Shown one piece after another: positions 8,870-17,362 of a stretch of 58,286 bases of DNA. This DNA is from Bacillota bacterium (GTDB taxonomy: Bacteria > Bacillota_I > Bacilli_A > RF39 > UBA660). The notes under the pieces are model-generated. The model made no database searches. It worked only from the letters and a program-made list of their open reading frames with translations, and was not told the DNA's origin. Both the position numbers and the translations under genes were made by a program. Position 1 is the stretch's first letter. Each line of letters begins with the position of its first letter. Location: positions 1 through 58,286 of the forward strand of contig SVAX01000004.1 of the NCBI GenBank assembly GCA_015059155.1. The letters are read 5' to 3'.

Positions 8870-9116
8870 TTTAGTTTCACCCAATAATATTATTCCATTA
8901 ACTTGGGCTATTATTATTTTTCTAGGGGAAATAGACTATTTTTTTAAAAATTTGTTAATTATATGAAAAAAAAGTGACATTTTTTTATTTTTTTTGCACT
9001 TCTGCCAAATTCTGACAATTTTCGCAAAAAAAGTGTCGTATAATGGGCTTGACAATGCCAAATATAAATAGAAAGAGTAAGTGATTAAAATTAAATAAAA
9101 AATTATAGAAATGATT

Positions 9117-9163
9117 AAGCAGTAAATTTTCTATGAAATATAGTTAGTTTACTGCTTTTTTTT
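9117..9163 (+). terminator. Terminator-like hairpin in leader of sigma-like gene
   Basis: aagcagtaaa...tttactgctt followed by T tract. Confidence 0.65.
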
Positions 9164-9310
9164 AGAATAATGAGATAAGTACAATTTTTAAGTAGTATTT
9201 ATTTGTACTAATGATATCCAAGATAGGCATTGATCTTTGAGTAAGGATATGCCTATGATTGTGAAAAAATACTACCCAAAAGGAATTGTAAAATTAAATA
9301 AAATAAATAG

Positions 9311-9360
9311 AAAAGCCGGATGTAATCCTTTATTTGTTAGGGATACATTCGGCTTTTTTT
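9311..9360 (+). terminator. Second terminator-like hairpin in leader of sigma-like gene
   Basis: aaaagccggatgta-atcct...ggga-tacattcggcttttttt. Confidence 0.7.
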
Positions 9361-9453
9361 GTTGCGTAAATAGTACGGGTCTATATAGGTGTAGAAGTCC
9401 ACCAACTATCAATTTTGAATTTAAAAATTTGAAATTGATAGGAGGAAAGAAAA

Positions 9454-9930
9454 ATGGCAGAACGCCCAAAAAGAAGAAAACATAAGGATAATCCTTATAC
9501 ATTAGAATTTATAGAAGAAAAAAATAGTTATAGAGTAAGTTTTAAAGATGTAAAAGGTAAGTTTCGCAGAGTAGATGTTAATAAAGAAATATATCAAGCA
9601 TTTGATAGATTTGAATTAGATGATTTATCAGAATTAAATGAGTTTGATAATCATATAGAACATTCAGAAGTATATGAAAATAATCTTAATGAAAGAGCAA
9701 TGGACAAGCCATTAGGTGTTGATGAAATTGTTGAAACAATGTTAATTAACGAAGAATTAAAGAAAGCAATAAATCAGTTATCAGAAGTTCAAAAACGAAG
9801 AATTAAGATGTATTACTTTGAAGATATGACATTAGAAGATATTGCGAGAGTAGAGAAAACATCACACCAAGCAATTAGTAAAAGTATTATAAAAGCACTT
9901 GCTGAATTAAGAAAAATATTAAAAAAATAA
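9454..9930 (+). CDS. Sigma-70 region 4 domain activator of ICE type (Tn916 Orf7-like role)
   Basis: RPKRRKHKDNPY N-terminus; LSEVQKRRIKMYYFEDMTLEDIARVEKTSHQAISKSI region-4 HTH. Confidence 0.85.
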   Translation: MAERPKRRKHKDNPYTLEFIEEKNSYRVSFKDVKGKFRRVDVNKEIYQAFDRFELDDLSELNEFDNHIEHSEVYENNLNERAMDKPLGVDEIVETMLINEELKKAINQLSEVQKRRIKMYYFEDMTLEDIARVEKTSHQAISKSIIKALAELRKILKK

Positions 9931-9970
9931 AAAAATTTAAAAATTCGGGTTGCAAAAATGCGCTTTAGTT

Positions 9971-10047
9971 AGGAAACAGGTGAGAGGGTAAGTTATTCCC
10001 TTTTGCCTGTTTCTTCTTTTTGGAAGAACAGGGGTGTTCTTTGAAAA
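9971..10047 (+). promoter_or_regulatory. Overlapping alternative hairpins plus boxA-like site
   Basis: 18-bp stem 9971-10015 whose only non-WC pairs are G-U; overlapping stems 10006-10032 and 10024-10041; tgttctttgaaaa at 10035-10047. Confidence 0.55.
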
Positions 10048-10054
10048 TTTGATA

Positions 10055-10330
10055 TTCATTCATCAGATACGTTCCTATTGTAATCTGAAAGGTAAAGCAC
10101 GTTAGCAAGTACGCTTGTCGGTTAATGCTTGGCTATAAAATTAGGTGGCACCTAATCTGCGATAACATACAATAGGGTTAAAGATACTCCTGTCCAGCCA
10201 CAGACTCAAGCAATGGGGGCAGTCTTGTGAGAACCACAAGAGAGTGAAATTCTCGTGGAATTGATTAGCCGTCAATCGTTTGATGACTTCCCCGTGTTGT
10301 GGGGTTTCGAGGAGAAATAGCAACACATTA
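10055..10330 (+). ncRNA. Candidate large structured RNA, family unassigned
   Basis: Markedly GC-richer than flanks, no convincing ORF, many nested stems including long-range 10060-67/10279-86 and 10074-82/10168-76. Confidence 0.65.
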
Positions 10331-10470
10331 AACATATTTAGATAAAGTCAGAATCAGTATGCAAAAAAAGGAAAACGGATCTCGTTTTTTCTCAATAGGG
10401 CAAGTGATTTTGGCTTAATACATTGCACACTTATTTGGTGTTCTTTTTTTATGAAAAGGAGGAAGTTAAT

Positions 10471-10839
10471 TTGGAAATATTAAGAGGTAATTTGTATTAC
10501 GCAGATTTAGAGCCTGTAATAGGGAGTGAACAAGGTGGAATAAGACCTGTTTTAGTAATACAGAACAATATAGCAAATACATATAGTCCTACTGTTATTA
10601 TTGCACCTACAACTAGCAAAGTAGATAAAAAGCCTAACTTGCCAACACACGTTGAGGTGAAAGCATTTCAAGGATTAAAATACGATTCAATTATTTTATT
10701 AGAACAAATAAGAGTAATTGATAAGCAAAGATTAAAATCATATTTAGGAAGATTAGCAATTAAGGATATGGAGTTAATTGATATAGGAATTATCCATACA
10801 TTTGGATTAAAAGTTAAATTGGAGGATAGAAAGATATGA
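10471..10839 (+). CDS. mazF: PemK/MazF family endoribonuclease toxin
   Basis: RGNLYYADLEPVIGSEQGGIRPVLVIQN...LEQIRVIDKQRL; TTG start after aaggagg. Confidence 0.9.
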   Translation: MEILRGNLYYADLEPVIGSEQGGIRPVLVIQNNIANTYSPTVIIAPTTSKVDKKPNLPTHVEVKAFQGLKYDSIILLEQIRVIDKQRLKSYLGRLAIKDMELIDIGIIHTFGLKVKLEDRKI

Positions 10840-11057
10840 AAAAATATTTAGTTTATGTGACGAGAAGCAAAGTAAACGAGTTTGAAGTAGAGGCTAATAA
10901 TAGTAATGAGGCAGAAGAAACAGTAAGAGAATTATTAAATAAATCAACTATTTTAGACTGCAAAATAGTTAATTTAGTACCAACTGAAATAAAAATTAGT
11001 TCAAAGCGAATGAAAAAAGAAAGAAACAAATGCAAAGTCATTAAGTTTCATTTTTAA
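10836..11057 (+). CDS. Small DpnD/PcfM-like protein
   Basis: MKKYLVYVT...FEVEANNSNEAEETV pattern. Confidence 0.55.
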   Translation: MKKYLVYVTRSKVNEFEVEANNSNEAEETVRELLNKSTILDCKIVNLVPTEIKISSKRMKKERNKCKVIKFHF

Positions 11058-11069
11058 TGGTGATATAAG

Positions 11070-11348
11070 ATGATGAACAATAATTTAGCAGTAATAGTAA
11101 GAACTGCAAGAGAAAAAATAAAAATATCACAGAGAGAATTATCAAGAAGATCCGGAGTAGATAATAATACTATTTCAAAAATAGAAAAAGGTATTAGAAA
11201 AAAGCCGGGTGTTATATCTCTTATTAAATTAAGTGATGTTTTAGATATAGATATTAGTAAATTGCTAAAAGCAAGTGGATATTCAAAAAATGAAATACAA
11301 GTCTTTTTTATGGGAGGTGCTTATGTCGTTTTTCAAAAAGAAAAATAA
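11070..11348 (+). CDS. XRE HTH protein
   Basis: ISQRELSRRSGVDNNTISKIEKG. Confidence 0.85.
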   Translation: MMNNNLAVIVRTAREKIKISQRELSRRSGVDNNTISKIEKGIRKKPGVISLIKLSDVLDIDISKLLKASGYSKNEIQVFFMGGAYVVFQKEK

Positions 11349-11526
11349 AACTTACTATGTCACATTGATTACAAAAGATAAGAAAGAATCAATGTATGTC
11401 ACAGGTAAGAGTAAAAAAGAAGTTAAGGAAATGGTTAGTAGTGTTGTTATAAATTGCAGTTTATTTCCTTTTAGGTCAAAAGAAGATTTTAAATTAAAAG
11501 TCAAGTCTGCGAATTTTAAAAAATAG
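11323..11526 (+). CDS. Small hypothetical protein, possibly distant paralog of 10836..11057
   Basis: ATG 11323 after ggaggtg; similar length and YxV...V..K/N...E..E.V pattern. Confidence 0.65.
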   Translation: MSFFKKKNKTYYVTLITKDKKESMYVTGKSKKEVKEMVSSVVINCSLFPFRSKEDFKLKVKSANFKK

Positions 11527-11555
11527 ATAAAATCGCACAATGGAAAGAAATGATA

Positions 11556-11597
11556 AGAACTTGTATCCTTATAGCGTGAGGTGCAAGTTCTATTTTT
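11556..11597 (+). terminator. Terminator-like hairpin directly before excisionase RBS
   Basis: agaacttgta-t-cctta-tagcg-tgagg-tgcaagttct-attttt. Confidence 0.6.
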
Positions 11598-11620
11598 ATG
11601 AAAAGGAGGAAAGTAGAATT

Positions 11621-11824
11621 ATGCACGAGCAAGTTATAAAAAAGGTTTATGACGTTAGTGATATACAAAAAATATTAGGATTAGGAAGAACAAAGGCTTA
11701 TGAGTTTTTAGAAGAAGTGTATTACAAAAAGAAACCTTTTGCAGTTATAAAAATTGGTAAACTCTACAAAGTTCCAAAAGAGCCTTTTGATTTATGGGTA
11801 AATGGAGGAATGCAGAATGATTAA
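11621..11824 (+). CDS. xis: Excisionase (HTH_17-type)
   Basis: YDVSDIQKILGLGRTKAYE...IKIGKLYKVPKEPFDLW; directly upstream of integrases. Confidence 0.85.
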   Translation: MHEQVIKKVYDVSDIQKILGLGRTKAYEFLEEVYYKKKPFAVIKIGKLYKVPKEPFDLWVNGGMQND

Positions 11825-11850
11825 AATGTAGAACTACCAAGAGGAAAGGA

Positions 11851-13059
11851 ATGAGAAAAATGAAAACAGAAGTTGCTGAATATAAAGGAACTATTGCATT
11901 CTTTTATAGGAATTCTTGGTATCACAGAAAGAAAGAATTATTAGAAGATGGTAGTACAAAATATGGAAGATTAGGTGGATTTAAAACACCAGAAGAAGCC
12001 GAAGAAAGTTATAAAAAATGTTTAGAAGAATATGAAAATCAAAGAAGAAACTATATTGTACCTAACATAGATAAAGAAATTTTATTAAGAGATTATTTAA
12101 TTTATTGGTATGAGAATATTCATTCAAAATCTCAAAGAATTGAAAGTACAACTAAAATGGTGACTTGTTATACAATATACAACTTAATTCTTCCTAATCT
12201 TCCTTATGATATAAAGGTAAGATTAACAACAAGTGATTATATAAATGAAACATTAGATAAAATAGATAAGTTAGGTAAAACAACTGCTAATAGAAGTAGA
12301 GAAACATTTAATTGGGCTTTAAAAGAGGCTATAAAAGATAGTGTTATTACAGTTAATCCTGTTGATAGTACAAAGTTTTTTAAAAGAGGAAAAACAAATA
12401 TAAAATTATTATCACAAAAAGAAATAAAAACTTTATTATCAGCAAGTTGTAAAGATAATTGGTATTTAGAAATATTGCTAGCCTTATTCTGTGGATTAAG
12501 AAAAGGCGAAATACGAGGATTAAAGTTTAGTGATTTTAATGAAGAAAAAAAGACAGTTAAAATACAAAGACAGTTAGGAAATCAATATGAATTAAAAGCA
12601 AATGAATTTAAAGTTGAAAAAATATCTTGTATTGAAAAAGACCCTAAAACTGATAATAGTTTTAGAACTTTAAGAGTTCCTAAAATTATATGGGAAGAAT
12701 TAGCAAAGAGAAAGAAATTGATAGAATATCAAAAATTAGTTAATAGTGATCTATATGAAGATAATGATTATATAAGTTGTCAGTCTAATGGTAAACCACA
12801 TAGTAGTACATCAATGAATGCTTATTTAAAAAAAGTATGTATGAAAAATGGACTTCCAGAAATAACAGTTCACGGATTAAGACATTTATATGCAACTATA
12901 CTTATAGAACAAGGTGTAGCATTAGCAAAAATATCTGCATTATTAGGTCATAGTTCAATTCATACAACATTTGATTTTTATTGTGATGTATTAAATGAAA
13001 AAGCAAAGATAACTGCATTTGTTAATAATACTTTTGCAGTAGAAGAAACGGAGGGATAG
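11851..13059 (+). CDS. int: Tyrosine integrase A
   Basis: GFKTPEEA arm-binding region; GLRKGE, HGLRH, LGHSS...FY catalytic motifs. Confidence 0.95.
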   Translation: MRKMKTEVAEYKGTIAFFYRNSWYHRKKELLEDGSTKYGRLGGFKTPEEAEESYKKCLEEYENQRRNYIVPNIDKEILLRDYLIYWYENIHSKSQRIESTTKMVTCYTIYNLILPNLPYDIKVRLTTSDYINETLDKIDKLGKTTANRSRETFNWALKEAIKDSVITVNPVDSTKFFKRGKTNIKLLSQKEIKTLLSASCKDNWYLEILLALFCGLRKGEIRGLKFSDFNEEKKTVKIQRQLGNQYELKANEFKVEKISCIEKDPKTDNSFRTLRVPKIIWEELAKRKKLIEYQKLVNSDLYEDNDYISCQSNGKPHSSTSMNAYLKKVCMKNGLPEITVHGLRHLYATILIEQGVALAKISALLGHSSIHTTFDFYCDVLNEKAKITAFVNNTFAVEETEG

Positions 13060-13061
13060 AT

Positions 13062-14372
13062 ATGGATTTAGAGTTAATAATTGAACAAAGACAATATATT
13101 GATTTCAAAGTTTATTCTGTCACTCCTATAAAGAAAAAATATGGATTTAGAATAATATTGATATATGAAAATGGCGAAGAAAAGCCAATGCAAAAATCTG
13201 GATATGCCACAAAAAAAGAGGCTAATAATGCTAGAAATATTGCAATAACAGAACTGCATAATGGAACATTCGTAGTTAATTGCAATGTAAATGTAAAACA
13301 ATTTTTTACTTATTGGCTTGAAAAAGTTATGCGACCTAGTATATTAACATCAGATTCTTATGACGCTTATAAAAATATAGTTTATAATCATATAATACCT
13401 AGTTTAGGAACATTAAAAATGACTACATTAAGTAGAGGTCATATACAAAAGTTTTATAATGAGAAAACACAATATTCTCATAATGTAGCAAAATTGTGTA
13501 AGGCAGTTATGAATACAGCATTAAAATATGCGTTAGAAAAGAAATTAGTAAAGTTTAATGCAGCATTAGATATAGAACTACCAAAATGTGTGAAAAAAAA
13601 GAAATATAGAACAATAGAAATAGATACAAAAAAGACTTTAAATGAAGAACAAGTTAGATTATTGATAGAAAAAAGCAAAGATACTCCCATTCATTTGCAA
13701 GTATTATTTGCAGTCTTAATGGGATTAAGGAAACAAGAAATAAATGGATTAAAATATAGTGATATTGATTATATACACCGTACTTTAAAAGTTCAAAGAC
13801 AATTAGGTAAAAAACCTAATACTGACAATTCAGAATTAAAAGTAGGTGAATATACAAAGCAAGAAATAGAAGTTAAAACATTTTCTAGTAATAGAGAACT
13901 TGAAATACCAGACATAGTATTTGAGGCAATATTAGAAGAAAGAAAAAAATATGAAAGAAATAGAAGTAGAAGAATAAATGATAAGACAACACCATTTAAA
14001 GATTATGATTTTATTTGTTGTTCTACCTATGGGAATCCAAGAAGTAAGAGTTTTCATTTTAAATATTGGAAAGCATTATTAAAAGATAATAATCTACCAA
14101 ATATAAGATTTCACGATTTAAGAGCAACATATTGTACTTTACTTATTAAAAATAATTTTAATTTAAAGGCAATATCTAAACAAATGGGACACGCAACAGA
14201 AATAATATCAGTTGATGTATATGGTGATAATGAAGAAATAATATCTGATTGTTTAGATGAGTTAGAGCCATTTATTGATATGGTGAAACCAGAAGAAGAA
14301 ATAGAGGAATATGGGGACGAATTACTAATAGATATTGATGAAGAATATATAAATGCACTTGCAGTATTTTAA
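13062..14372 (+). CDS. int: Tyrosine integrase B
   Basis: GYATKKEA arm-binding region; GLRKQE, HDLR, MGHA...VY catalytic motifs. Confidence 0.95.
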   Translation: MDLELIIEQRQYIDFKVYSVTPIKKKYGFRIILIYENGEEKPMQKSGYATKKEANNARNIAITELHNGTFVVNCNVNVKQFFTYWLEKVMRPSILTSDSYDAYKNIVYNHIIPSLGTLKMTTLSRGHIQKFYNEKTQYSHNVAKLCKAVMNTALKYALEKKLVKFNAALDIELPKCVKKKKYRTIEIDTKKTLNEEQVRLLIEKSKDTPIHLQVLFAVLMGLRKQEINGLKYSDIDYIHRTLKVQRQLGKKPNTDNSELKVGEYTKQEIEVKTFSSNRELEIPDIVFEAILEERKKYERNRSRRINDKTTPFKDYDFICCSTYGNPRSKSFHFKYWKALLKDNNLPNIRFHDLRATYCTLLIKNNFNLKAISKQMGHATEIISVDVYGDNEEIISDCLDELEPFIDMVKPEEEIEEYGDELLIDIDEEYINALAVF

Positions 14373-14391
14373 TTTAATAAATAGCCATAAT

Positions 14392-14427
14392 AAAAACAAG
14401 GTAAAATTTTCAGTTTCCTTGTTTTTT
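14392..14427 (+). terminator. Terminator after integrases
   Basis: aaaaacaagg...ccttgtttttt. Confidence 0.65.
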
Positions 14428-14496
14428 AAGGGAAAAAATGATAAAATTATACAGTGAAAACGACTTTTAGTAATGTTTAATATCATTTAGTGTTAT

Positions 14497-14632
14497 TTAG
14501 TCCGGGAAATGAAATTTGTGACTTTTATTAGTCCAGAACTAAAAAACTAATATTAACCAGATAAAAATAGTCCCAGAAGGACGAATTAAGGGACTAATAG
14601 TTGGCTGACAGTTATCTTTTTAAAAGTCACAA
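14497..14632. repeat. Putative att arm-type sites
   Basis: tagtcc at ~14498, ~14529, ~14568 and inverted ggacta at 14591; 12-bp IR ttgtgactttta (14516-27)/taaaagtcacaa (14621-32). Confidence 0.6.
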
Positions 14633-14645
14633 GAAAGGAGTAAAA

Positions 14646-16589
14646 ATGTTTAAATTACACTCACCATTTCAACCAAGTGGCGACCAACCACAAGCGATTG
14701 AAAAATTAGTTAATGGAATAAAAGAGGGCAAGAAACACCAGACTTTAATGGGTGTGACGGGCTCTGGTAAAACATTTACAATGGCTAATGTAATAGCACA
14801 AGTAAATAAACCAACATTGATTTTAACACACAATAAAACACTCGCCGGACAATTATATTCGGAGTTCAAAGAGTTCTTCCCAGAGAACGCAGTTGAGTAT
14901 TTTGTATCATATTACGATTACTATCAACCTGAAGCATACGTGGCTAAAACTGATACATATATTGAAAAAGATGCAGCTATTAATGATGAAATAGATGAAT
15001 TAAGACATGCTGCTACTGCATCTTTACTTAATTTTAATGATGTAATAGTAGTTGCTTCTGTATCTTGTATTTATGGTATTGGAGAAATGGAAGAATATCA
15101 AAAGAAAATGTTAACTTTATTCCAAGGACAAACTATTGATAGGGAAGAAATAATAGAAAAATTAATAGATATGTTGTATGAAAGAAATGAAATAGATTTT
15201 AAAAGAGGTACTTTTAGAGCTAAAGGTGATATTATAGATATCATACCAATAAATGAACATACAAAAGGTATTAGAATAGAGCTGTTTGGAGATGAAATAG
15301 AATCAATAAAAGAGTTTGATCCAGTTACTGGAAGCATAACTTCAAATAAAAAGTCAATATCTTTATTTCCTGCTAGTCATTTTGTAACTAGTCCAGAAAA
15401 ATTAAAGATAGCTATAGAAAATATTAGAAAAGAATTAGATGAAAGATTAGAGTTTTTTAAAGAAAATAATAAACTTCTAGAATATCAAAGACTTAGTGAA
15501 AGAACTAATTATGACATGGAAATGCTTGAAGAAACTGGGTTCTGTAGAGGGGTAGAAAACTATTCTAGACCGCTTGCACTAAAAGAACCAGGAGCCACAC
15601 CAACAACGCTCATAGATTTCTTTAAAGATGATTTCTTGCTTTTTGTAGATGAGTCACATGTAACTCTTCCTCAAGTAAGAGGAATGTATAATGGGGATAG
15701 AGCTAGGAAAGAAGTACTTGTGGATTATGGATTTAGATTGCCAAGTGCTTTAGATAATAGACCACTAAAATTTAATGAATTTGAAGACAAAATAAATCAA
15801 GTTATCTATGTATCAGCTACTCCAGGGGATTATGAGTTAGAAAAATCACCAAAACCTGTAGAACAATTAATTAGGCCTACAGGATTGCTTGATCCAATTG
15901 TTGAAGTACATCCAACTAAAAATCAAATAGATGATTTAATAACTGAAATAAATGAAAGAGTAGAAAAGAAAGAAAAAGTTTTAATAACAACTTTAACTAT
16001 TAGGATGGCAGAAGAACTTACTCAATATTTGAAAGGATTAGACATAAAAGTTGCTTATTTGCACTCAGAAATAAAATCTCTAGAAAGATTAAAAATAATA
16101 AGAGATTTAAGAAAAGGTAAATATGATGTACTTGTTGGAATAAACTTACTTAGAGAAGGATTAGATATTCCAGAAGTTTCTTTAGTAGCTATTATGGATG
16201 CAGATAAACAAGGCTTTTTAAGAAGTGAGAGAAGTTTAATACAAACAATAGGTAGAGCTGCTAGAAATGCTAATGGTAAAGTAATAATGTACGCAGACCA
16301 AATAAGTGAATCAATGAATGTTGCTATAAAAGAAACAAATAGAAGAAGAAAAATACAAGAAGAATATAATAAACAAAATAATATAATACCAAAAACAATA
16401 ACAAAAGAAATATCAGATATAGTATCTAACGAAGTAGAGGAAATTAAAGAACCTGAGAAAATGTCTAAACAAGACAAAGCTAAATTAATGATCAGACTTG
16501 AAAACGAAATGAAAGAAGCAGCTAAAAACTTAGACTTTGAAAGAGCTATGGAACTTAGAGATATTTTATTTGAATTAAAAAGTGAATAG
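14646..16589 (+). CDS. uvrB: Excinuclease ABC subunit B
   Basis: [39 protein letters not shown]-terminal UVR domain; ATG 14646 after aaggag. Confidence 0.98.
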   Translation: MFKLHSPFQPSGDQPQAIEKLVNGIKEGKKHQTLMGVTGSGKTFTMANVIAQVNKPTLILTHNKTLAGQLYSEFKEFFPENAVEYFVSYYDYYQPEAYVAKTDTYIEKDAAINDEIDELRHAATASLLNFNDVIVVASVSCIYGIGEMEEYQKKMLTLFQGQTIDREEIIEKLIDMLYERNEIDFKRGTFRAKGDIIDIIPINEHTKGIRIELFGDEIESIKEFDPVTGSITSNKKSISLFPASHFVTSPEKLKIAIENIRKELDERLEFFKENNKLLEYQRLSERTNYDMEMLEETGFCRGVENYSRPLALKEPGATPTTLIDFFKDDFLLFVDESHVTLPQVRGMYNGDRARKEVLVDYGFRLPSALDNRPLKFNEFEDKINQVIYVSATPGDYELEKSPKPVEQLIRPTGLLDPIVEVHPTKNQIDDLITEINERVEKKEKVLITTLTIRMAEELTQYLKGLDIKVAYLHSEIKSLERLKIIRDLRKGKYDVLVGINLLREGLDIPEVSLVAIMDADKQGFLRSERSLIQTIGRAARNANGKVIMYADQISESMNVAIKETNRRRKIQEEYNKQNNIIPKTITKEISDIVSNEVEEIKEPEKMSKQDKAKLMIRLENEMKEAAKNLDFERAMELRDILFELKSE

Positions 16590-16599
16590 AGGAGAAGTT

Positions 16600-16920
16600 A
16601 TGGAAAGTAAAATAAATATAGATGTAGAAAAAATGATAGAACTAGAAAAACACCCGAAAGATAAAACTCTTTTAACGGATAAATCTCATGAATTTATATA
16701 TTGGCTTATGTCATTACAAATGCCATTTGAAGAAATAAAACAAGATCTTATAGAGTATGATAATCCTTCACTAACAATTGATGAACAAGATTTTATATCA
16801 TATTTAAGGATTAAATATGAGCAACCAAAGGATAGAATTCTTTTAAGAATAGAGCAAGTAAGAAAAATAATGGAATATGAAAAAGAATTAGAAGAAAATG
16901 ATCAAGTTAAAATAAAGTAA
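16600..16920 (+). CDS. Hypothetical protein
   Basis: ATG 16600 after gaggag. Confidence 0.7.
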   Translation: MESKINIDVEKMIELEKHPKDKTLLTDKSHEFIYWLMSLQMPFEEIKQDLIEYDNPSLTIDEQDFISYLRIKYEQPKDRILLRIEQVRKIMEYEKELEENDQVKIK

Positions 16921-16966
16921 ATTGAATAAAAACAAAAATAGATATATAATATAAATAGGTGATAAA

Positions 16967-17362
16967 ATGAAAATAAATAAATGGATAGACTGGTTAATAC
17001 ATATGGTAGGATATGCTTTAGTACTGATATTAGTTTCAATAATGTTTAATGATACAGTATATATAGATAATTCATATTTTGGATTATGGGGATTTATAGC
17101 AGTTATAATAATATTTATACTAAATAGAACTATAAAACCATTATTAGTATGGATGACGTTACCACTTACCGCATTAACTCTAGGTTTATTTTATCCATTA
17201 ATAAATATATTAATATTAAAAATAACAGATTTCATCTTGGGTAGTCATTTCTATATAAGAGGAACAATATTCTTATTTATAGTATCAATAGTAATATCTA
17301 TTATGAACGCTATTATGGATAATTTAATAATAGATAATTTACTTAAAGGGAGAAAAAAATGA
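16967..17362 (+). CDS. YvlD-like (4-TM 'phage holin family') membrane protein
   Basis: IKPLL..MTLPL..LTLGLF..IN motif; adjacent to lgt as in Bacillus. Confidence 0.85.
   Translation: MKINKWIDWLIHMVGYALVLILVSIMFNDTVYIDNSYFGLWGFIAVIIIFILNRTIKPLLVWMTLPLTALTLGLFYPLINILILKITDFILGSHFYIRGTIFLFIVSIVISIMNAIMDNLIIDNLLKGRKK

Larger units (their letters stand above)
1..14640. mobile_element. Right end of an integrative (probably conjugative) element; left end lies outside the window
   Basis: CHAP tail, cargo genes, XRE repressors, sigma-70 r4 activator, MazF, xis and two tyrosine integrases followed by a repeat-rich spacer and then core gene uvrB; right boundary may extend to ~14940. Confidence 0.85.

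Noticed and set aside
10141-10335. 64-aa minus-strand ORF
   Set aside because: No RBS and atypical composition; overlaps the structured RNA candidate whose G-U pairs favour the + strand.
14601-14645. N-terminal extension of UvrB from the TTG at 14601
   Set aside because: Strong RBS precedes ATG 14646 and the family N-terminus starts there.
16967-17362. Prophage holin
   Set aside because: YvlD-like housekeeping membrane protein in its usual position beside lgt; no phage genes.
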